A stretch of 64,000 bases of DNA, taken from Alphaproteobacteria bacterium. Its GTDB lineage: Bacteria > Pseudomonadota > Alphaproteobacteria > RS24. This document shows positions 29,884 through 37,816 of this stretch, piece after piece. The stretch lies in the NCBI GenBank assembly GCA_022426245.1, contig JAKMDW010000075.1, positions 660-64,659 on the forward strand, written 5' to 3'. The notes under the pieces were generated by a model, which was not told the origin of the DNA, made no database searches, and worked only from the letters and a program-made list of their open reading frames with translations. The position numbers and the translations under genes were made by a program. Positions within the stretch are counted from its first letter, which is position 1; every line of letters starts with the position of its first letter.

Positions 29884-31173
29884 TTAGCCGGTTTTGAGAC
29901 CACCCAAATCAAGGTCAATAAATCTGCCGCCTTCTTTGGCCAATTTTTCCAGCGTTTTGGCCGGCTTGATGGCCGGATTATCGGCAGCCAGCGCTTGCAT
30001 GGTGGCGAGGATTTCCCCGGCCCCGACCATATCGCCATAGAACATCGGCCCGCCCGTATCACCCGGCCAGCCATAGCCAAACGACCAAATGACATCAACA
30101 TCGCTAGGGCGTTGGGCTTTGTTCTCTTCCAGAATAAGCAGCGCCTCATTGACCATTGGATGCAGCAGGCGCGCCAGAATATCCTGTTCCGACAGACCCG
30201 ATGCACCGGCAGCAACACCGGTCACATCAGCAATAATCTCTTCCGTCACCGCGCTGGGGCTGCGTTGGCGGTTTTCGTCATAATCATAATAACCCGCGCC
30301 GGTTTTCTGGCCGCGCCGGTCCATTTCGCATAAGCGGTCGCGTATCGGATTGCCGGTTTCAGCACCCTTTTTCCAGCCAATATCCAGACCCGCCAAATCT
30401 GACATTTGAAACGGCCCCATTTTAAACCCGAAATTATTAAACGCATTATCGACATCCCACGGCAGCACGCCCTGATTGACCAGCGCTTGGGCTTCGCGTT
30501 GCCGTGCCGCCAAAATCCGATTGCCGACAAAACCCGGACAGACGCCGACCAGCGTCGCAACTTTGCCAATGGTCACGGCCAGCGCCATGGAGGTGGCCAC
30601 AACATCGTCACCGGTTTCATCGGCGCGAACGATTTCCAATAATTTCATCACATTGGCGGGTGAGAAGAAATGCAACCCGATCACGTCTTGCGGGCGTTGT
30701 GTCACCCCGGCTATCTCATCAATATTAAGGGCGGAGGTGTTGGTTGCCAGAATTGCGCCTGGCTTACAAATCCGGTCGAGATTGGTGAAAATGTCTTTCT
30801 TCAATCCCATATCCTCAAACACCGCCTCAATAACCAAGTCGCAATCAGCCAGTTTTTCCATTTCCAACACGCCGGTCATGCGATCCATGCGGGCATCAAC
30901 CTCCTCTTGCGGAAAGCGCCCGCGATCGGCGGAGCGTTGGTAATTGCCGCGCACCACGCCGAGGCCTCGGGTTAGCGCTTCTTCCTTGGTCTCGACAATC
31001 GTCACCTGAATGCCGGCTGTGGCAAAATTCATGGCTATGCCGCCGCCCATCGTACCGGCCCCGATAATGCCGACTTTTTCAATCACCCGCATCGGCACAT
31101 TTTCGGCCAACCCGTCAATCACCCGCGCCTTTTGGGTGGCTTCATTCATATAAGTCGCTGCATCGCTCATCAT
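29884..31173 (-). CDS. 3-hydroxyacyl-CoA dehydrogenase (FadB-like C-terminal half, no hydratase domain)
   Basis: GIIGAGTMGGGIA, IEAVFE, TNTS, GLHFFSPA..MKLLE, GFVGNR, two C-terminal dimerisation repeats; start after GGGAG at 31173/31170. Confidence 0.9.
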   Translation of the reverse strand: MMSDAATYMNEATQKARVIDGLAENVPMRVIEKVGIIGAGTMGGGIAMNFATAGIQVTIVETKEEALTRGLGVVRGNYQRSADRGRFPQEEVDARMDRMTGVLEMEKLADCDLVIEAVFEDMGLKKDIFTNLDRICKPGAILATNTSALNIDEIAGVTQRPQDVIGLHFFSPANVMKLLEIVRADETGDDVVATSMALAVTIGKVATLVGVCPGFVGNRILAARQREAQALVNQGVLPWDVDNAFNNFGFKMGPFQMSDLAGLDIGWKKGAETGNPIRDRLCEMDRRGQKTGAGYYDYDENRQRSPSAVTEEIIADVTGVAAGASGLSEQDILARLLHPMVNEALLILEENKAQRPSDVDVIWSFGYGWPGDTGGPMFYGDMVGAGEILATMQALAADNPAIKPAKTLEKLAKEGGRFIDLDLGGLKTG

Positions 31174-31235
31174 TATCTCCCATGCCAGTATCTCTGGTGT
31201 ATCTGTTGGCGGCATTGTGTCGCCAAACGGGCCCC

Positions 31236-31332
31236 GCTTCAAGAGGTAAGGCTTCAAGGGGTAAGGCTTCAAGCCGCGAAACACTGTGAGCCGCATCTTA
31301 AGAGCCATCTTAAGACCCAGCTTGAGACCCAT
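31236..31332. repeat. Two short tandem-repeat arrays (15-bp x2.5 and 12-bp x3.5) in a divergent intergenic region
   Basis: gcttcaagaggtaag/gcttcaaggggtaag/gcttcaag; ccgcatcttaag/agccatcttaag/acccagcttgag/acccat. Confidence 0.75.
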
Positions 31333-31434
31333 GCGGCCCAACATTATCACTTCCCGGATTGCTTGAGTTTGCCCGCCGCACAGTCTAGAAGAAAGGCTGA
31401 TGCAAAAACACGCGAAACCATATGGGGCCAACCG

Positions 31435-32058
31435 ATGACGCAAGACGATACCATTCATCTGCACAAGAATGATTTGCCCGACGGCCTGACCTTTACCGGA
31501 TCGATTGCGGTTGATACCGAGACATTGGGTTTGAAACCGGCGCGCGATCGGCTCTGTTTGGTGCAACTTTCGGCCGGTGACGGCTCTGTTCATATTGTGC
31601 AATTGGACGGCGAAAATTATGACGCGCCGAATTTGAAAGCCGTTTTGGGCGATCGCGCTCTGGTTAAGATTTTTCATTATGCACGGTTTGATTTGGCGGT
31701 GATTGCTCAATATTTAAACGTGCATGCCGCGCCGCTCTGGTGCACAAAAATTGCTTCAAAGCTAACCCGCACTTATACCGACCGCCATGGCTTGAAGGAT
31801 TTATGCCGCGAATTGCTGGGTGTTGATATGTCAAAGGCGCAGCAAAGCTCGGATTGGGGCGCGCCCGATTTGTCTGATGCCCAGCTTAAATATGCGGCTT
31901 CCGATGTCCTTTATCTGCATTTGCTGAAAGAGAAACTTGAGACCATGCTCGACCGCGAAGGGCGCCGCCCAATGGCAGAAGCGTGTTTTGATTTTGTGCT
32001 GGTGCGCTCGGCAATGGATTTGGCGGGCTGGGACGATATGGATATTTTCGCCCATTAG
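31435..32058 (+). CDS. rnd: Ribonuclease D-like 3'-5' exonuclease
   Basis: AVDTETLGL, RDRLCLVQL, FHYARFD, QQSSDW, YAASDV, DIFAH; start ATG 31435. Confidence 0.93.
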   Translation: MTQDDTIHLHKNDLPDGLTFTGSIAVDTETLGLKPARDRLCLVQLSAGDGSVHIVQLDGENYDAPNLKAVLGDRALVKIFHYARFDLAVIAQYLNVHAAPLWCTKIASKLTRTYTDRHGLKDLCRELLGVDMSKAQQSSDWGAPDLSDAQLKYAASDVLYLHLLKEKLETMLDREGRRPMAEACFDFVLVRSAMDLAGWDDMDIFAH

Positions 32059-32069
32059 GCGGTTAATGC

Positions 32070-32711
32070 ATGGCCGAGCAGCCGCAAACCGATAAAAAAC
32101 CCGGCGCTTCTGACGCGGCCGATATCGCTGCTTATTCGCAGCGCATTTTAACCTTACGCCGCGTCTTGCCGATTGCTGCTTTTTTGCTTTTGCTCTTATT
32201 GGTGCTGGCGGCCAATCCTGACTTTTCGCGCGCGCCAGATTTGGACGCGCTTTCAAACAGCAATGCGCATGACCGTTTGGTGATTGACCGACCGATATTT
32301 GAAGGGCGCATGCGTGATGGGCGGCGCTATCAATTGACAGCGATGCAGGGTGCTCAAAAAACCAATGGCGATATCGGCCTGTCGGCGGCACGCCTTGAGG
32401 TTGATGCCTCGCAGGCACAGCCTGCGCTTTCATTCACCGCCGATACAGGCCTATATCGGACAAATGATGGGGGTATGGCCGGCCTGCGCGGCAATGTGGT
32501 TGTCGCAAGCGGGGATGGCCGCCGCATCAGCACGCCGCGTCTGGAAATAGATATTGCCACGGCAAGTTGGCAGGCGCCCGAGGGCGCGACCATGCGTGCG
32601 CCCAGCGGTGATGTGACAGCGCAACATTTAAAAGCCGATGAGGCGCGCGGGCTTTATCGCTTCCAGAACATAAAAATGCGGCTGCATCCGCGCCATAAGG
32701 CGCGCCGATAA
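32070..32711 (+). CDS. lptC: LPS export protein LptC (divergent)
   Basis: Single N-terminal TM after LRRVLP, P.FEG....RRY.LTA beta-jellyroll-like region; position before lptA/lptB. Confidence 0.7.
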   Translation: MAEQPQTDKKPGASDAADIAAYSQRILTLRRVLPIAAFLLLLLLVLAANPDFSRAPDLDALSNSNAHDRLVIDRPIFEGRMRDGRRYQLTAMQGAQKTNGDIGLSAARLEVDASQAQPALSFTADTGLYRTNDGGMAGLRGNVVVASGDGRRISTPRLEIDIATASWQAPEGATMRAPSGDVTAQHLKADEARGLYRFQNIKMRLHPRHKARR

Positions 32712-33257
32712 ATGCGTGTATTGCCGAACATATTTGCCATGCTGATTATGCTTTCGGCAATGTCACAAGCGCAAGAAAGGGCGCAAGAAACGGCTCAGAT
32801 GGCGGGGCCGGGATTGCGCTTTGCCACCGATGCGGCGGCACCGATTGACCTCGAAGCGGGGCTGATGGTTTGGCAGCGCGGCGATGATACGATGCGGCTC
32901 AGCGACGGCGCGCTGGTGCGCCAAGGGCCGCTGACCCTATCGGCGGCGCGCATTGATATCCGGTTGGCCGATGACGGCACGGCGCAAAGTCTCAAAGCCG
33001 AGGGGCAGGTCGTCCTTGTCTCTGCCGAGGACGCGCGACAGGTGACCCGTCGCGCCAAAGCTGATATGGCGATAATGGATTTGACCGCCGACACATTGGT
33101 GTTGCGCGGCAATGTGTCGGTTTTGCAAATGGCGACGGAAGCGGGCGCGCAGGATAGGCAATTGAGCGGTGCGCAATTGGCGCTTGATTTGGCCAGCGGC
33201 AAGGCGCGCTTGACCGGTGGCGGTGATAAACCGCGTGCGCGTATTGAATTGCGGTAA
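32712..33257 (+). CDS. lptA: LPS transport periplasmic protein LptA/OstA family
   Basis: Signal peptide, PIDLEA, VRQG..LSA, A.G.V, LRGNV; synteny. Confidence 0.75.
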   Translation: MRVLPNIFAMLIMLSAMSQAQERAQETAQMAGPGLRFATDAAAPIDLEAGLMVWQRGDDTMRLSDGALVRQGPLTLSAARIDIRLADDGTAQSLKAEGQVVLVSAEDARQVTRRAKADMAIMDLTADTLVLRGNVSVLQMATEAGAQDRQLSGAQLALDLASGKARLTGGGDKPRARIELR

Positions 33258-33277
33258 CGCCGTCACGGACATATAAT
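33249..33277 (+). promoter_or_regulatory. Internal promoter giving a leaderless lptB mRNA
   Basis: TTGCGG-N17-TATAAT-N6-ATG(33284); no SD. Confidence 0.65.
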
Positions 33278-33283
33278 GTCGCC

Positions 33284-34054
33284 ATGAACAGCCAAGCTGA
33301 CCCCTCTGAAAACCCCACGCCGAAACCGACCAAAGGTGGCCTGCAAGCCATTGACCTGTGTAAATCCTATAAGGGGCGTCAGGTGGTAAAAAACATGGCG
33401 CTGCAATTTGACCGCCGCCAATCCATCGGCCTTTTGGGGCCGAACGGGGCCGGCAAGACGACCAGCTTTTACATGATTACCGGTTTGGTGCGTCCCGATA
33501 GCGGGCGTATTTTATTGGACGGGCAAGATGTATCGCATTTGCCGATGTATCGGCGGGCGCGTTTGGGTATTGGTTATTTGCCTCAAGAAGCTTCGATTTT
33601 CAGAACCTTGTCGGTCGAAGCCAATATCATGTCAATTTTGCAAATTGTCGAACCCGATCCGGAAGCGCAAAAAGAAAAACTGGAGAACCTTTTGAACGAG
33701 TTTTCCGTCACCCATGTGCGCCAATCCGCCGGTGGGGCTTTGTCGGGCGGCGAACGCCGCCGTGTTGAGATAGCCCGGGCGCTGGCCAGCGATCCGAGCT
33801 TTATCCTGCTTGATGAACCGTTTGCCGGTATCGACCCGATTGCCATTAATGATATTCGCGAATTGGTGGCGCAGTTGAAAGACCGTGGCCTTGGCGTGTT
33901 GATTACCGACCATAATGTGCGCGAGACATTGAGCATTATTGACCGTGCGGTGATTATGCATGATGGCCATGTTTTGACCGAGGGTACGGCGGAAGAGATT
34001 GTCGATAATGAAGCTGTGCGCACGCATTATCTGGGCGATGATTTTTCGCTTTAA
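33284..34054 (+). CDS. lptB: LPS export ABC transporter ATPase LptB
   Basis: GPNGAGKT, YLPQEASIF, LSGGERRR, LLDEPFAG, ITDHNVRE. Confidence 0.97.
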   Translation: MNSQADPSENPTPKPTKGGLQAIDLCKSYKGRQVVKNMALQFDRRQSIGLLGPNGAGKTTSFYMITGLVRPDSGRILLDGQDVSHLPMYRRARLGIGYLPQEASIFRTLSVEANIMSILQIVEPDPEAQKEKLENLLNEFSVTHVRQSAGGALSGGERRRVEIARALASDPSFILLDEPFAGIDPIAINDIRELVAQLKDRGLGVLITDHNVRETLSIIDRAVIMHDGHVLTEGTAEEIVDNEAVRTHYLGDDFSL

Positions 34055-34290
34055 CGCAGCGCAGCCGTTTTTTTCAAAATTTTCACATGACTCGACTCTG
34101 CCTGCCGCATCGGGCAGACTAAATCTTAGGCACAGCCTTTTCGCAGGCATGTGGCTGATGACTGTCCCTGCCTGCCGGGGCACATTATGAATTGGCTTTC
34201 TTGCCGGTGACATGTGCCAAGACGGCTTCTTTTTGACGATCGCCCTCGACCAGAGAGCCGATCGGTGCCGATAAAAGAAAAGGAGACAAA

Positions 34291-34857
34291 ATGAATATCA
34301 ATATTACCGGACGGCATATGGAAACCGGCGCCGCCCTGCAAGAGCATGTCGAAGCCCGTCTTGAAGAAGCGGTTCACAAATATTTTGAACGCTCGGCAGA
34401 TGTCAGCGTGACCTTTTCAAAACAGGGTCATGAATTTCTGGCCGCATGTGCCCTGCATCTCGATAGCGGGCTTTATTTGCACGCCTCGGGTGCGGCCAAT
34501 GATGTTTATGCTTGCTTTGACCAATCGGTGGGAAAAATTGAAAAACAACTCCGCCGCTATAGAAGAAGGCTGAAAAACCATCACGATCAGAAACGCTTAT
34601 CCGCCGGGGCAACACCGGAAAAAATTCTGGCGCCTGAACGGCAAGAGGATGTGCCGGAAGAGTTTTCCCCGGTGGTGATTGCTGAGAGCAAAAAGCAAGT
34701 GGCGCAATTAAGTGTCTCGGAAGCGGTGATGCAATTGGAAGTCGGGGCAGAGGATTTTGTGCTGTTCAAAAGCGTAGCGCGCGATGCGCTGAGCATTGTT
34801 TATAAGCGCAGCGACGGCAATATTGGCTGGCTTGAATTGAACGAGCACGCGAATTGA
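34291..34857 (+). CDS. hpf: Ribosome hibernation factor (long HPF/RaiA)
   Basis: MNINITGRH, KIEKQLRRY.RRL, C-terminal LSVSEAVMQL...IVYKRSDGNIGW; RBS AAGGAG. Confidence 0.93.
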   Translation: MNINITGRHMETGAALQEHVEARLEEAVHKYFERSADVSVTFSKQGHEFLAACALHLDSGLYLHASGAANDVYACFDQSVGKIEKQLRRYRRRLKNHHDQKRLSAGATPEKILAPERQEDVPEEFSPVVIAESKKQVAQLSVSEAVMQLEVGAEDFVLFKSVARDALSIVYKRSDGNIGWLELNEHAN

Positions 34858-34887
34858 GCTGGCCAGAAGGCTAAAATTTCAGGGGAA

Positions 34888-34963
<76 letters not shown>

Positions 34964-35096
34964 CAACCGGCAGAGGCATTAAAACGCCTGCCGGTAAATT
35001 CTGGCGGAAACTAATCGAAGGCGACGCACCAATCAAGTCTTAAATCAAATCCTCACTCAAATCCTGATGGGGACTTTCAATCAGACGGTTTGTGCG

Positions 35097-35480
35097 TCAA
35101 TCGTCATCATCGTCAGTTTCAAGGAAGCTTTCTTCATCTTCCTCATCATCTTCAAGCAGCGTCTCATCTTCATCATTATCGTCGAGCAGCGCTTCTTCTT
35201 CTTCAAGCAGCGTCTCGTCTTCATCGTCGCTATCATCAGATTCTTCATCGACCATGCCTTCAAGGCTGACGGCATTTTCGTCTTCGTCCAATTCGCCTTC
35301 ATCGTCTTTCTTTTCGGCTTCGGCAGTCGGCGTGACAGCGCGCGCCGGGGCAACGACAATGGCCTCCGGGTCAAAGACATGCCCGCATTTGGGACAGGTC
35401 GCAGGCGTTTTATTTAAATCATAGAATTTAGCTTCACAGGCTTCACAAGTGCGTTTTGTGCCCAGTTTCGGATCAACCAT
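35097..35480 (-). CDS. TIGR02300 / FYDLN-acid domain protein
   Basis: LGTKRTC..C..KFYDLN...CPKCG followed by a long Asp/Glu tail. Confidence 0.93.
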   Translation of the reverse strand: MVDPKLGTKRTCEACEAKFYDLNKTPATCPKCGHVFDPEAIVVAPARAVTPTAEAEKKDDEGELDEDENAVSLEGMVDEESDDSDDEDETLLEEEEALLDDNDEDETLLEDDEEDEESFLETDDDDD

Positions 35481-35626
35481 CCGACCCTCCGGTGAAAATT
35501 AACAGAGCAACGTTCCTGCCATGAAGCGCCCTATCTGTCAAATAATCTGTCATAGCTAAAATTAGCGGCAAAACCGCCCAGCCTGCGGCTGCTTGACGAT
35601 AGACAAGAAAAACGCGACAAAGCGCC

Positions 35627-36985
35627 ATGAGTGCGGTTTCCAACAAACAACCAGCCAGCGTCGGTCGCAGTGCCGCTTTAACCGGTCATGCGCGCGTGCC
35701 GGGCGATAAATCAATCTCGCACCGCGCCCTTATTCTGGCCTCGCTTGCCACCGGCACAAGCCGCATTTGCGGTCTTTTGGAGGGCGATGATGTTTTGGCC
35801 ACGGCCAATGCCATGCGCGCCATGGGGGCGCATATTGAAAAACAGGAAAACGGCGATTGGCAGGTTATCGGTGTCGGCCCGATGGGCTTAACAAGTCCTG
35901 CTGCGCCGCTTGATTTCGGCAATGCCGGCACCGGCGTGCGTTTGGTTATGGGGCTGGTCGCAGGGGCCGGCATTGACGCTGAATTTACCGGTGATGCTTC
36001 GCTTTCATCGCGGCCAATGGGTCGGGTGCTTGATCCGCTTCGTCAAATGGGCGCGCAAGCTGATGCGGCGGATGGCGGGCGCTTGCCGGTTCATATCAAA
36101 GCGGCACCGCTCATGCCGGCCAGCATCACCCCCGATATCGCCTCGGCGCAGGTCAAATCAGCTATCCTGCTGGCCGGTCTCGGCATAGCGGGCGATATTT
36201 GCGTGCGCGAAAAAATTGCAACACGCGGGCATAGCGAGACCATGCTGGAGCTATTTGGAGCCAATGTCAGCGTGACGGAGGCAGATGGGTTTCATAATGT
36301 GACCCTGCATAATCCCACCGGGCCAAGCCGCTTGACGGCGGTCGACCTCAATGTGCCGGGCGACCCGTCCTCGGCGGCCTTCCCGATGATTGCCGCGCTG
36401 AGCGTGCCGGGCTCGGATGTGGTGCTGGAAAATATCATGCTCAATCGACAACGCGACGGGCTGATGCGGGTCTTGCGTGATATGGGCGCCACGATTGAGG
36501 TGATGAATGAACGCCATGCGAGCGGCGAAACCTGCGCCGATTTGCGGGTCAAATATTCAGCTTTGCACGGCATTGATGTATCGGCTGATATCGCCCCCGA
36601 TATGATTGATGAATTTCCCGCATTGGCGATTGCCGCGGCCGGCGCGCAAGGCACAACCCATATGGCCGGACTGGCAGAATTGCGGGTTAAAGAAAGTGAC
36701 CGTTTGGCGGCGATGGAAGCGGGCTTGAAATCCAATGGCGTTTCGGTTGAGGCCGGCGCGGATTGGTTGCGTGTGACGGGCGCGCCGGGTGCCAACGGCA
36801 TTACCGGTCGCATTGCCGGCGGGGGCATGGTTGAAACCCATCACGACCATCGTATCGCCATGGCCTTTTTATGTCTCGGTCTGGTCGCCGACCATCCGGT
36901 GACGGTCGATGACCGCGCCATGATTGCAACGAGCTTTCCGGAATTTTTTGATTTGATGGCCGGATTGGGGGCGCAGATTGACTGA
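35627..36985 (+). CDS. aroA: 3-phosphoshikimate 1-carboxyvinyltransferase (class II EPSPS)
   Basis: PGDKSISHR, GNAGT, SAQVKS, ELRVKESDR, DHRIAM. Confidence 0.97.
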   Translation: MSAVSNKQPASVGRSAALTGHARVPGDKSISHRALILASLATGTSRICGLLEGDDVLATANAMRAMGAHIEKQENGDWQVIGVGPMGLTSPAAPLDFGNAGTGVRLVMGLVAGAGIDAEFTGDASLSSRPMGRVLDPLRQMGAQADAADGGRLPVHIKAAPLMPASITPDIASAQVKSAILLAGLGIAGDICVREKIATRGHSETMLELFGANVSVTEADGFHNVTLHNPTGPSRLTAVDLNVPGDPSSAAFPMIAALSVPGSDVVLENIMLNRQRDGLMRVLRDMGATIEVMNERHASGETCADLRVKYSALHGIDVSADIAPDMIDEFPALAIAAAGAQGTTHMAGLAELRVKESDRLAAMEAGLKSNGVSVEAGADWLRVTGAPGANGITGRIAGGGMVETHHDHRIAMAFLCLGLVADHPVTVDDRAMIATSFPEFFDLMAGLGAQID

Positions 36986-37640
36986 TCCCGCGATTATCGC
37001 CGTTGATGGGCCTGCCGCCTCGGGCAAAGGCACTTTGGCGCGCAAATTGGCGGCGCATTTCAATTTTGCCTATCTCGATACAGGCGCGCTATACCGCGCT
37101 GTAGCGTTAAGCGTCATCGATATGGGCGGCCAAGTTGAGACCGAAGCCGATGCGGTCGCCGCGGCTCGCCGGTTTGATATGTCCCGATTGGCAGATACTG
37201 ATTTTGCCGCAGCTCTGCGCACGGCTGAGACCGGCCGCGCGGCTTCTGTGGTTGCCGCCATGCCCGATGTGCGTGCTGCCATTATTTCGGCACAGCGCCA
37301 ATTTGCTGAGACCCCGCCCGGTGGCAAAGCCGGTGCGGTTTTGGATGGGCGCGATATCGGCACGAATATATGCCCCGATGCGGCGGCCAAATTATTCATC
37401 ACGGCGCGGGCTGATATTCGCGCCGAGAGGCGGTGGAGAGAATTGCAGGCTGATGACGCGACATTGAGCTTTGAAACCGTGTTGAACGATATTGAGGTGC
37501 GCGACGCGCGGGACGCCGGACGCGCCGCCGCGCCAATGCGGCAAGCAGAAGATGCGCACTTGCTAGATACCTCTGATTTGTCTATAGAAGAGGCGTTCGC
37601 AGCGGCTCTGGCTTTGGTTGAGGGAAAACTTAACCGCTAG
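36978..37640 (+). CDS. cmk: Cytidylate kinase
   Basis: DGPAASGKGT, LDTGALYR, DGRDIGT. Confidence 0.97.
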   Translation: MTDPAIIAVDGPAASGKGTLARKLAAHFNFAYLDTGALYRAVALSVIDMGGQVETEADAVAAARRFDMSRLADTDFAAALRTAETGRAASVVAAMPDVRAAIISAQRQFAETPPGGKAGAVLDGRDIGTNICPDAAAKLFITARADIRAERRWRELQADDATLSFETVLNDIEVRDARDAGRAAAPMRQAEDAHLLDTSDLSIEEAFAAALALVEGKLNR

Positions 37641-37816
37641 CCCGAAATCCAAAAATCCGCGTCCCATGAAGGGGTGAACATATTTCAAAACTTTGCCCGA
37701 ACCGGAAGCGCATTTTTATGCGCATTTTGCCATTTGGGACGTCCGGCTCTTAACCCATAAAATGGGGTACCGTGAAATGGCGGGGGGTTTGGCATTAACT
37801 TAAGGAGACACATAAA

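Noticed and set aside
31174-31710. Long N-terminal extensions of the dehydrogenase (608 aa) and rnd (308 aa) ORFs overlapping on opposite strands
   Set aside because: Homology starts at 31173 and 31435; the extensions are antisense shadows running through triplet-length repeats.
34190-34206. sigma54 promoter upstream of hpf (TGGC...TTGC)
   Set aside because: GG-to-GC spacing is 7 nt, not the invariant 10.
35092-35424. Poly-serine ORF on the plus strand
   Set aside because: Antisense of the Asp/Glu tail of the FYDLN-acid protein.
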